This document shows, piece by piece, positions 29,628-38,286 of a DNA stretch of 64,000 nucleotides (the stretch's first letter is position 1; every line of letters begins with the position of its first letter). The notes beneath the pieces were generated by a model. The model did not search any database. It was not told where the DNA came from and saw nothing but the letters and a program-made list of their open reading frames with translations. Location of the stretch: contig JBFXKG010000005.1 of NCBI GenBank assembly GCA_050174015.1, positions 32,001 to 96,000 of the forward strand, written 5' to 3'. This stretch comes from Candidatus Krumholzibacteriia bacterium. GTDB lineage: Bacteria; Krumholzibacteriota; Krumholzibacteriia; LZORAL124-64-63. Both the position numbers and the translations under genes were made by a program.

Positions 29628-30220
29628 GCGACCATGCGGCCATCGGAGTGGGCTGGACCGGCGCCAGCGGCCTCATCTACGGCGTGCGCCTGGTGGAGGT
29701 GCTGCTGCAGGCCGGTTGCGACGTGAACCTGGTGGTCTCGGGCGCCGTCGCCCAGACCGCGCCGGTCGAGTTGCAACAGCCGGTGGAGGCCGTGATCGCC
29801 GGGTTGAAGGGCCATGGGCCGGGCAGGCTGCGGGTCTTCGGCCAGAGCGAGTTCACGGCGCCCCTTGCCAGCGGATCGGCCCACGGCGGACCCTTCGTGG
29901 TGGCGCCCTGCAGCATGGGCACCGCCGGCCGCATCGCCGCGGGCACCAGCGAGACGCTCCTGTTGCGGGCCGCGGACGTGTGCCTCAAGGAACGCCGCCC
30001 CGTGATCGTCGTCCCCCGCGAGACGCCGATGGCCACGCACCACCTTGAAAATTTGGCCCGTCTGAGCGCCATGGGCGTGCTGGTGCTGCCGGCGGCTCCC
30101 GGGTTCTATCACCGGCCGCAGTCGGTGGCCGATCTGGTGGATTTCATCGTCCAGCGGATCTGCGATCACCTGGGCGTGGACGTGGACCTGGCGCCGCGGT
30201 GGGGGGATGCCGGAGCATGA
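29624..30220 (+). CDS. ubiX: UbiX flavin prenyltransferase
   Basis: 'TGASG', 'ASGS', 'APCSMGT', 'RAADVCLKERR', 'PRETP', 'PGFYHRP'. Confidence 0.93.
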   Translation: MSDHAAIGVGWTGASGLIYGVRLVEVLLQAGCDVNLVVSGAVAQTAPVELQQPVEAVIAGLKGHGPGRLRVFGQSEFTAPLASGSAHGGPFVVAPCSMGTAGRIAAGTSETLLLRAADVCLKERRPVIVVPRETPMATHHLENLARLSAMGVLVLPAAPGFYHRPQSVADLVDFIVQRICDHLGVDVDLAPRWGDAGA

Positions 30221-31071
30221 CCCTGATCGCCCGCTATCTTTCCCTGATCAAGTTCGAGCACACGATCTTCGCCCTGCCGTTCGCGTTGATCTCGCTGCTG
30301 GTCGCCGCGGACGGCCGCCCCCCGCTGGGCGTCCTCGGCTGGGTCCTGGTCGCCATGGTGGGGGCCCGCAGCGCCGCGATGGCCTTCAACCGCCTGGCCG
30401 ATCGCCACATCGACGCCGCCAACCCGCGCACCGCCGACCGCCACATCCCCGCGGGCCAGGTGTCGGTCACGGGGGCGGCGATCTTCGTCCTGCTGTCCTG
30501 CGCCCTGCTGGTGCTGGCCGCCTGGCGCCTGAATCCCCTGTGCTTCAAGCTGAGCCCGGTCGCCCTGCTGGTGGTTCTTGGCTACTCCTACCTGAAGCGA
30601 TTCTCGGCGGCGGCCCACCTGGTGCTGGGACTGGGCCTGGCCATCGCCCCGGTGGGGGCCTGGCTGGCGGTGACCGGTTCGTTCGCGCCCTTTCCCCTGT
30701 GGCTTGCAGCCGGGGTGATGTTCTGGGTCGCGGGGTTCGACACCATCTACGGGTGCCAGGACTTCGAGTACGACCGGCAGACGGGGTTGCATTCCCTGGC
30801 CTCCCGCCTGGGAGTCCGGCGCGCCCTGTTGCTGTCCCGGATCTTTCACGTCCTGTCCATCGGGTTCATCGCCGGGGCCTTCCGGCGGGCCGAGGCCCTG
30901 GGGCCGGTCTCGGTGGCCGGGGTGGTCATCATGGCGGGGCTGCTGGCCTGGGAGCAGGCCCTGGTGCGCGACGGGGACCTGAAGCACATCGACAAGGCCT
31001 TCTTCACCATCAATTCCTGGATCGGGATGGTGCTGCTGGGGGTCGTGGTGGTGGATATCTTCCTGGTTTGA
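30217..31071 (+). CDS. ubiA: UbiA-family prenyltransferase (MqnP-like)
   Basis: 'IKFEHTIFALPFA', 'ARSAAMAFNRLADRHIDAANPRT', 'YSYLKRF', 'GFDTIYGCQD', 'AFFTIN'. Confidence 0.92.
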   Translation: MTLIARYLSLIKFEHTIFALPFALISLLVAADGRPPLGVLGWVLVAMVGARSAAMAFNRLADRHIDAANPRTADRHIPAGQVSVTGAAIFVLLSCALLVLAAWRLNPLCFKLSPVALLVVLGYSYLKRFSAAAHLVLGLGLAIAPVGAWLAVTGSFAPFPLWLAAGVMFWVAGFDTIYGCQDFEYDRQTGLHSLASRLGVRRALLLSRIFHVLSIGFIAGAFRRAEALGPVSVAGVVIMAGLLAWEQALVRDGDLKHIDKAFFTINSWIGMVLLGVVVVDIFLV

Positions 31072-31172
31072 CGGCAACAATACCCGCTTCCCGGCAGGAA
31101 ACTTCCCCTCGTGTGTCCGGATCATGATAGAATTGTTTCAGTTATTCCAATATCCATTGAAGGGGGATCACG

Positions 31173-34022
31173 ATGTTGCGGATTCTGGTCCTGGGTTTGT
31201 GCATGGGATTGTGTTCTGCGGGCCAGGGTGTTCAGGCTCAGGACACCATCGGAATGTTCTTCGACGCCGATGGCCTCACGACCACGACCACGACCACCCT
31301 TCCCTACCAGGCGGTGTCCGGCTGGCTGCTCCTGCTGGATGCCAGTCAGGCTGAAGGGGTCAACAGCTGGGAGTGCGAGGTCCGGGCCACGAGTCCCGGG
31401 CCCGAGCCCATCGTGACCTGGGAGGTCCTGGGAACCAGCGTCATCGTCAGCCCGCCCCCCTTCTTCCAGGTGGGGATGGGGGTGCCGCATCCCTGGGCCC
31501 CGGTGATCGCCCTGGCCAGGGCGAACATCCTGGTTCCCGAGCCCGGGCAGAAGGTGGTCTTCCGCATCCTGCCGTTCGATCCCCCCTCGATGGCGGATCC
31601 CCCGGGTTACCCGGTGTACAAGCCCGTCTACGGCAGCGGGGCGGCGGTCGACCTCTATCCCCTGGAGATCGCTGGGGGCTGCGCCACCGCGCCCGTCGCC
31701 TGGATCAACCCTGACGGGATCGACGCTCAGCCCCGGTTGCTCGGCTGGCCGGGCACGATGTACTTCGGCGGAGTCGATCCGGGATCGTACGCCACGATGC
31801 ACTTCACGCTCAGGAATCCCGACACGATCGAGGTCATCGGGACCCTGTCCCTGGACATGGCGGAGACCGCCTACACCCAGGAGGACCTCTACTTCACGAC
31901 GATGCCGACCAGTTTCCGCATCGGGCCCGGCCGTGAACTCACGATATGGCTGATGTACCACCCGACCACCACCGATCCTGTCTTCGGCACGATGACCGTG
32001 GCCTTCTGCGGCGAGAGCAGGACCATCGAACTGGTGGGCGGGCTCGACATCGACTGCACGGTCTTTCCCACTGCTCTGGACTTCGGCACCGTGGGCCTGC
32101 CGGATCGCACCGCGGTCCAGGCCGCGACGGTGTACAACCGTGGCGACGTGGCCATGGACGCCACGCCCCGGTTCCTGGCCGACAGCTCGGAATTCACCTG
32201 GGAACCGTCCCCTTTCTCGGTGAACATCGATCCGGCGGCGCTGCCGCCCGGTTCCAGTTACACGGTGTGGATCACCTATGCTCCCGTCGACGAATCGCTG
32301 GACGTCAGCTCGCTGGTGTTCGGCGACGGCAACTGCGGCGAGGTGAGGCTCGAGGGCAGGGGCGTGTACCTGCCGCCGACCTGCCGCCGCAGCGTGTTGA
32401 GCCTCGACTTCGGCCTGGTGCTCATAGATAGCGTCCATCGCAAGAGCTTCACCGTGACCAACGGCGGGGGAGGGGTCCTGGAGGGCGAGGTCAGCCTCGA
32501 CGACGCTTCCGGAGCATTCAGCCTCCTGTCGGGGGCGGGACCGTTCGCGCTGGAGTACGGCGACACCGTGACGGTGGAGGTGCAGTTCGCACCCCTGGTC
32601 GAGCAATCCTACCAGGCAAGGGTGGAGCTCGGGACTGAGTGCGGCGGAGTCGGGTTGCTCGGCGAGTGCACCGATCCCTACATCGAGTATTCCATCAATC
32701 AGTCCACCCTCCAGATCGACTGGGGGGTTCAGCCCTTCACCGTCGGGTCGGTCCCCAGGACGATGCGGATCTACAACCTGGGATCCCTGCCCGTGACCGG
32801 GGACATGCAGATCTCCGGGGATGCGGGATTCCATCTGCTGTCGGGAGCCGGTCCCTTCTCGATCCCGCCAGGGGAGAACCGGTCCTGGTCGGTCGGGTGG
32901 ACGCCCTCGGTCTTCGGCGTGGAGACGGCCGTCGTTTCAACCGGACTGCCGGGAGGCGAGACCATCGCCTGCCGGGGCTTCGGTGTGGAGGTGTTGCCGG
33001 GGACGGTCAACAAGCTGGGTTTCTACTTCGATCCCGTCTTCGCGACCTCATCGGTCCACGTCGGCCCCGGCACCGAGCTGACCGGTTACCTTGTCATCAA
33101 GAACCCTGTCGCCCCCGTGGACGGCTGGGAAATGGTGCTCACCATGGACGGGACGGCCCAGTTCCTGGACTGGACCTTCGAGGGTGGTGCGACGGGTGAT
33201 CTGGGCCCGGGCCCCTTCAGGGTCCAGCTGGCCGAACCGCTGCCCGTGAGCAGCGCCGTGCTGCTGGCGACGGCCCGCATCCTGGTGCCCGACGCCCTGG
33301 ACTCCAGGATCGACGTATCCTATCCGCCCGATCCGGTCGTACCGGGGTACGCTTCGTACGCCGACGGGGCCGATCCCGGCAACCACCTGCCCCTGGGGTA
33401 CTACCTGTCGAGCAGGACCCTGGCCTCGATCAATGAATCCTCCCTGGCGGTCGATGCTCCATCCACGCCGACGGCGAGGACCAGCGGAGGCGAGGTGGCC
33501 CTGGAATGGTATTGCGGAGACGACCCGGCGGAGGGTTACCATGTCTGGCGGCGCGTGGGAGAGGGGGAATTCAGCCGTCTGACGGTTGCGCCCGTCTCCT
33601 GCACCGACGGGTTCGGATCCTACGTCGACAGGCCGGAGGCGAATACCGGAACGATCCTTTCCTACGCCCTGTCGGCCGTCCGTGGCGGCCGGGAATCGGC
33701 CCTGAGCGTGGCTGCGGAAGTCCGGTTCGCCGGCGGTCCACCCCAGCGGGCCCGGCTGCTCGCCAGCTACCCCAACCCCTTCAATCCGCAGACGACGGTG
33801 CCGTTCATCATGGGCGAACCTGGTCACGCGCGGCTGGCGGTCTACGACCTGGCCGGGCGGCTGGTCATGGTGATGCTGGACGAGGACGTACCGGCCGGGT
33901 TGAACGAAAGGGTGTGGCTCGGCCGTGACGGCAGAGGGCGCCCGGTGCCCAGCGGGGTGTACTATCTGCGCCTTGATGCCGGTGGTCGCGTCGACATGGG
34001 CAAGACCATGTTGCTCAAGTAG
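31173..34022 (+). CDS. Large secreted protein with repeated Ig-like (choice-of-anchor D/ASH) domains and a FlgD-Ig/T9SS-like C-terminal domain
   Basis: Signal peptide, repeated '(L)DFG.V...TV.N.G' modules, C-terminus 'YPNPFNPQT...VYDLAGRLV...WLGRD..G..VPSGVYYLRL...MLLK'. Confidence 0.78.
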   Translation: MLRILVLGLCMGLCSAGQGVQAQDTIGMFFDADGLTTTTTTTLPYQAVSGWLLLLDASQAEGVNSWECEVRATSPGPEPIVTWEVLGTSVIVSPPPFFQVGMGVPHPWAPVIALARANILVPEPGQKVVFRILPFDPPSMADPPGYPVYKPVYGSGAAVDLYPLEIAGGCATAPVAWINPDGIDAQPRLLGWPGTMYFGGVDPGSYATMHFTLRNPDTIEVIGTLSLDMAETAYTQEDLYFTTMPTSFRIGPGRELTIWLMYHPTTTDPVFGTMTVAFCGESRTIELVGGLDIDCTVFPTALDFGTVGLPDRTAVQAATVYNRGDVAMDATPRFLADSSEFTWEPSPFSVNIDPAALPPGSSYTVWITYAPVDESLDVSSLVFGDGNCGEVRLEGRGVYLPPTCRRSVLSLDFGLVLIDSVHRKSFTVTNGGGGVLEGEVSLDDASGAFSLLSGAGPFALEYGDTVTVEVQFAPLVEQSYQARVELGTECGGVGLLGECTDPYIEYSINQSTLQIDWGVQPFTVGSVPRTMRIYNLGSLPVTGDMQISGDAGFHLLSGAGPFSIPPGENRSWSVGWTPSVFGVETAVVSTGLPGGETIACRGFGVEVLPGTVNKLGFYFDPVFATSSVHVGPGTELTGYLVIKNPVAPVDGWEMVLTMDGTAQFLDWTFEGGATGDLGPGPFRVQLAEPLPVSSAVLLATARILVPDALDSRIDVSYPPDPVVPGYASYADGADPGNHLPLGYYLSSRTLASINESSLAVDAPSTPTARTSGGEVALEWYCGDDPAEGYHVWRRVGEGEFSRLTVAPVSCTDGFGSYVDRPEANTGTILSYALSAVRGGRESALSVAAEVRFAGGPPQRARLLASYPNPFNPQTTVPFIMGEPGHARLAVYDLAGRLVMVMLDEDVPAGLNERVWLGRDGRGRPVPSGVYYLRLDAGGRVDMGKTMLLK

Positions 34023-34032
34023 CTTCTTCGAT

Positions 34033-34062
34033 AAAAAAAGGGGCCCCGAAAGGGGCCCTTTT
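34033..34062. terminator. Bidirectional intrinsic terminator
   Basis: AAAAAAAG-GGGCCCC-GAAA-GGGGCCC-TTTT between convergent genes. Confidence 0.85.
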
Positions 34063-34077
34063 CCGTGCGGATCAGTC

Positions 34078-35328
34078 TCACGGCATGGCGTACATCACCA
34101 CTTCCAGCGGTTCGGCTTCCGCCTCCGGATCCTCCTCCTCTTCGCCCTCCCTGAACCCCGCCATCATGGCGTTCCGAGCCGACTCCACGTCCTTCAGGTG
34201 CATGAAGTGGGTCCCGTCCAGAAACACGAGGTTGTCGTATTCGGGATCGAAGTCGGGGACGCGCAGGGTCAACTCCTCGATGAACGCGCCCTCGGGGGAG
34301 ATCACGTCGTAACGCGCCCCGCAGCCCTCGGGCAGCTCGGATCTGCGGTCGAAGCAGTTGGTGACGAAGAGACGCCCATCGTCGGCCACGTCCAGCCCCA
34401 TGACGGCCGGGTCGTGATCCAGGGTCTTGCTCTCGATCTCCTGGCGCCGGCCGTTGATGACGATCACCATGCCGTCGGTCAGCTGCTGGCGGTCCTCCTC
34501 GTCGCGCTTGCGGGGGGAGAACTCGCGGCGCAGGGTGTGCAGAAGGGCGCCGTCGAGGCTGCGGGCGTTGATGGCGTAGGCATCCCGCTCCGGCGTGCTG
34601 TAGACGACACCCTGGGGGCTGACCGCCCACTGGTCCTGCTCGCTGAAGTTGGCGGCCTCGTCGAAGACCCGCCGCTGGAGGTCGTTTTCCTGTTCATGGC
34701 GGGCGATCTCGGCGATTTCCTTGCCCTCGAGGTCCATCACCGACAGGGTGGAGACGGTGCGGGACTTCCCCGAATCCATGTCGAACGTGCCGCGGCCGGT
34801 GGTGCCGATCAGCTTGCCGTCCACCAGGGCCAGCTCGCGGACGAAGTTGAAGCCGCCCTCGCTGGCCTCGCCGATGGTGATCTCGCCGCCGGGCGTGCCG
34901 TCGCGGTTCAGCAGGGTCACCCGGCCGGGGAAGCCCTGGATGACGGCGATCTGGCCGGTGTCCATCATCAGCAGTGCATGAGGCCGGTTCAACTCGCCGG
35001 GGCCCTCGCCCTGGCGGCCCAGGGTGTCGATCCACTCGCCTTCCGGCGAGATGACCAGGACCTGGCTGAGCTGGCGGTCGAGCAGGTAGGTGTTGCCGTC
35101 TTCGTCCATCACGGCGGTCTGGACCAGGCCCAGCAGGACGTCCTCGTCGCTCTCGCCGCCCACCCGCCACTGCTCGACCAGGTCGACGGTGCGGCTGGCC
35201 GGCGGCGATGCAGGCAGCTGGATGTCAGCGGCCGCCAGCGAGCCGGCAGCCAGGGGCAGAAGCAGGATTGCACCAAGGATGGGGCGCAGGACAGTGGTCC
35301 CCGGATGGGGCAATGGCATGGAAATCAC
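34078..35328 (-). CDS. Secreted 6-bladed beta-propeller protein
   Basis: Signal peptide, 'GNTYLLD', 'GRQGEGPGEL'. Paralog of 16322-17536. Exact start uncertain. Confidence 0.72.
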   Translation of the reverse strand: MISMPLPHPGTTVLRPILGAILLLPLAAGSLAAADIQLPASPPASRTVDLVEQWRVGGESDEDVLLGLVQTAVMDEDGNTYLLDRQLSQVLVISPEGEWIDTLGRQGEGPGELNRPHALLMMDTGQIAVIQGFPGRVTLLNRDGTPGGEITIGEASEGGFNFVRELALVDGKLIGTTGRGTFDMDSGKSRTVSTLSVMDLEGKEIAEIARHEQENDLQRRVFDEAANFSEQDQWAVSPQGVVYSTPERDAYAINARSLDGALLHTLRREFSPRKRDEEDRQQLTDGMVIVINGRRQEIESKTLDHDPAVMGLDVADDGRLFVTNCFDRRSELPEGCGARYDVISPEGAFIEELTLRVPDFDPEYDNLVFLDGTHFMHLKDVESARNAMMAGFREGEEEEDPEAEAEPLEVVMYAMP

Positions 35329-35455
35329 GAGGGTTCTCCCGGATTCAGGGGTTCGCGGCCGGTCGGGGGAACGACCAGTGCATGAAGATACGGGCCGCCC
35401 CCGCGCGAGGCGACCCGTTTATTACCCGAATCAGGGGGGGAAGTTCCATCCCCGC

Positions 35456-36253
35456 TCAGAAACCGACCCCGCAGGTGACGCCGAAGTACAGGGCGTCCTT
35501 GTCGCCGCCCCCCGCGTCCACCAGATCACCCGCGTCACCCATCAAGGTGCTGAAAAACACGGCGGGGGTGATCGTCAGCATGGGCACCGGGTGGTAGGGT
35601 AGGCGAACCGACAGGGTCAAGTCGGTCAGGCCGGCCCCCGAGACGCCCAGGAAGCCGTCGTCGTCGCCATCGACCGGGACCATGCCGAAGTAGGCGTTCT
35701 GATAGTCCTTGGTGCCGTAACCCAGGTTCATCGCCAGGTCCAGGTTGGCCACCGGGCTCATGGGCACGCCGTGGCTGGCCCCGATGGCGATGTAGGCGGC
35801 GTCCACCTCGTCGAAATCGTAGTAGACGGCCAGGGACGGGGAGAGCAGCACGTTGGCGCTCGCCGAGGCGAAGATCTCGGTGGTGCTGTCGAAACCGGTG
35901 TTGGGGAAGGTGTAGTGAATGAACCCGGCGTTCAGGCTCACCATGGGCAAAGACAGCCCATAGGTCAGGGTGTAGTCGATCTCGTTGAACTTGCCCTTGA
36001 ACTCGTCGGGGTCCTCGGCGGACCCATTGACGTCGGTGAGGTCGATGTTCCCCCAGAACGATGCCCCGAAGCCGGCCACGCTCACCCCGGCGGCAGGTTG
36101 CAGGACCGGATCGTCGGTGACGACCATGCCTCGCCAGACGTACTTGCTGAACAGACCAAGCTCGGCCGAGGCGTCCAGGGGGCCGAGGGCGAGCACCGGG
36201 GCGGTGGCCAGGATGATCAGGCAGGCGGTCAGGATGACGAGAATGGGTTTCAT
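35456..36253 (-). CDS. Outer-membrane beta-barrel protein (TorF/Gcw_chp/MipA-like)
   Basis: Signal peptide, 'SKYVWRG', 'PVLQP', 'EIDYTLTY', C-terminal Phe. ATG 36253 with AAGGAG RBS. Confidence 0.75.
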   Translation of the reverse strand: MKPILVILTACLIILATAPVLALGPLDASAELGLFSKYVWRGMVVTDDPVLQPAAGVSVAGFGASFWGNIDLTDVNGSAEDPDEFKGKFNEIDYTLTYGLSLPMVSLNAGFIHYTFPNTGFDSTTEIFASASANVLLSPSLAVYYDFDEVDAAYIAIGASHGVPMSPVANLDLAMNLGYGTKDYQNAYFGMVPVDGDDDGFLGVSGAGLTDLTLSVRLPYHPVPMLTITPAVFFSTLMGDAGDLVDAGGGDKDALYFGVTCGVGF

Positions 36254-36447
36254 GGCGACGAGCTCCTTGCTGACCGGCCGACGCCGGCGGGTTCCTTCCC
36301 GGTCGATGGGGGTCGAGGGTGCGTGGCAATGATCCGGGGGGGGGCGGGACCGCGTCAAGAATTATCGAAATCCCTCAAGATTTCCCCCCGGCGGACGAAA
36401 CCAATCCCAGGAAGCACAGGACCGCCGCGTAACGGGAGGAAACCGCC

Positions 36448-36816
36448 TTGAGCATCGACCTTACTCTGCCCGGACCCGATCTGCCCGTCGTCGATTCGGA
36501 GCGCCTGCTGGCGGAATTCGGCGGTTGCGAGGAGATCCTCAACGAGCTGCGGGACCTCTTCCTCGAGCATGCGCCCCCCATGTACGATTCGATCCTGTCC
36601 GCCCTGGCCTCCGGCGACGCCGGGACCTTGGCGAAGGACGCCCACAGCTTCAAGGGCGCCTGCGCCACTTACGGGGCGCCGCGCCTGTGCCAGGTCTGCA
36701 AGATCTTCGAGCTGAGCGCCAAGGCCGGCGATCTCGAATCTCTCAAGCCTCTTGTGGAGAACTTCAAGCAGGAATACGAGGCCGTTTGCCGAGAACTCGG
36801 CAAGGTCGCGGTCTAG
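36448..36816 (+). CDS. Stand-alone Hpt (histidine phosphotransfer) protein
   Basis: 'AHSFKGACATYGA' in an all-helical 122-aa protein. TTG start with GGGAGG RBS. Confidence 0.88.
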   Translation: MSIDLTLPGPDLPVVDSERLLAEFGGCEEILNELRDLFLEHAPPMYDSILSALASGDAGTLAKDAHSFKGACATYGAPRLCQVCKIFELSAKAGDLESLKPLVENFKQEYEAVCRELGKVAV

Positions 36817-36889
36817 CGCGCGTCCTGCAGCATCGATACCGTCAGGAGAGGCGGTGGCCCCGGGCCGGAAGGTCCGGGGCCGCATCATG

Positions 36890-37786
36890 TCAGGGAAGAT
36901 CGTCTTCGCCGGTGGTGTCGCCGTCCGGGATCCCCTCGAAGCGAGGCGCACCCGTGGTCTTGAGGATCCGGCGGCACAGGATGTGATAGATGTGCATCTC
37001 CCAGTTCACGATCCCCGCCCTCATGTGCAGTTGCCGCAGGTAGGTCAGAAACTTCAGCCGCTCCTGGTCGCTGTAGCCGACCGCGCTCATCGCGTGGGCC
37101 AGGTGGCCGTACATGTTGTCCAGCTCGGTCTGGGTCGGCAGCCGGGTGGTGCGGTGGGGATGCCGCACCCGCATCTCGGGCCGGCGGACGCCGGGACCCC
37201 GGGGCTCGTGCGCGCCCTGGGGCTTGCGGACGCGGCCCTGGGCGGGGTCCACCCCGCCGGCGGCGCGCCAGGCCTGGCGGATCTCCCAGCCGTACAGCAT
37301 CACCGCCTGGGCCAGATTCAGCGACGGCTGTTCCGGCGCGGTGTCGACCGAGGACAGGTAGCGGCAGATGTCGACCTCGTCGTTGGTCAGGCCGGTGCGC
37401 TCGGTCCCGAACATGAGGGCGACCTTGCCGGTGCGGGCATGGTCGACGATGTGGTCGGCCAGGTTGCCGGGATCCAGCAGGGCGTCCTTGCGCAGCTGGC
37501 GCGGCCTGGCCGTGGTGCCGCAGACCACGGTGCAGTCGCCGACGGCCTCCATCAGGTCGTCCACCACCAGGGCGTTCTCGAGGATGTCCTCGGCGCCGTG
37601 GGCCAGGGCCCGGGCGCTGCGCCCCCCGGGGTTCAGGGGCGAGATCAACCGCAGGTGCTTCAGCCCCATGGTCTTCATGGCCCGGCAGGCGGCGCCGATG
37701 TTCATGGGCTCGGTGGTGCGGCTCAGGACCACGACGACGTTGTCGAGGTCGGGGGCGCCGGGGGCGGCAAGGTCGGCATCGGTCAT
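36890..37786 (-). CDS. trmJ: TrmJ/LasT family SPOUT RNA methyltransferase
   Basis: 'NIGAACRAMKTMG', 'GTTAR', 'FGTERTGLTNDE', 'SLNLAQAV'. Confidence 0.85.
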   Translation of the reverse strand: MTDADLAAPGAPDLDNVVVVLSRTTEPMNIGAACRAMKTMGLKHLRLISPLNPGGRSARALAHGAEDILENALVVDDLMEAVGDCTVVCGTTARPRQLRKDALLDPGNLADHIVDHARTGKVALMFGTERTGLTNDEVDICRYLSSVDTAPEQPSLNLAQAVMLYGWEIRQAWRAAGGVDPAQGRVRKPQGAHEPRGPGVRRPEMRVRHPHRTTRLPTQTELDNMYGHLAHAMSAVGYSDQERLKFLTYLRQLHMRAGIVNWEMHIYHILCRRILKTTGAPRFEGIPDGDTTGEDDLP

Positions 37787-37926
37787 GGACGGATCCTCGG
37801 GGGAAGGGGCTGCCGGGTGTGATCGCCCCAAGAATAGGGGGAGGGACGGGGGATGTAAACCGGGCCGCGGGACGGGATGCTGTTCAAGCATCGCCAAGCC
37901 AAGGAACACCCCCTCTCGATGCCGGT

Positions 37927-38007
37927 GTGGTCGGAACCCTGAAACGGGAGTGTCTCGATCATGTGATCGTCTTCAACCAGGATCACCTGCGCCGCAGCCT
38001 GATGGAG
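37927..38007 (+). pseudogene. Short remnant of an integrase-core (rve-type) transposase
   Basis: Translates to VVGTLKRECLDHVIVFNQDHLRRSLME, resembling the 'GTLRRECLDH...HLRR' helix of DDE integrase cores; no rest of gene or terminal repeats visible. Confidence 0.7.
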
Positions 38008-38286
38008 AAACCCCGGGGCTGTCGGCGCCAGAGAAGCAGGATCGATCTATCCAACAACTCCCAAACAGCACTGAAAACCGGGATTGAAGGCTGTTTGCGG
38101 GGATGTAGGTCCCCCGGGGGTTTTGGATATCATTATCAGAAAACAGGAAGGCGACCGAGCCCAGATAACGCCCTTTCGGCGCAGATGGGGTTTTGACTCG
38201 GGACACCTTGGGTGCTTGCCGGGCCCATTCGACAGGCGTTAGAATCATGGCTGTATTCAAGACCCCTATGATACCGGAGGATAACA

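Noticed and set aside
31278..31298. (ACGACC)n microsatellite as a phase-variation tract
   Set aside because: The 6-nt unit keeps the frame and only encodes a 7-Thr run.
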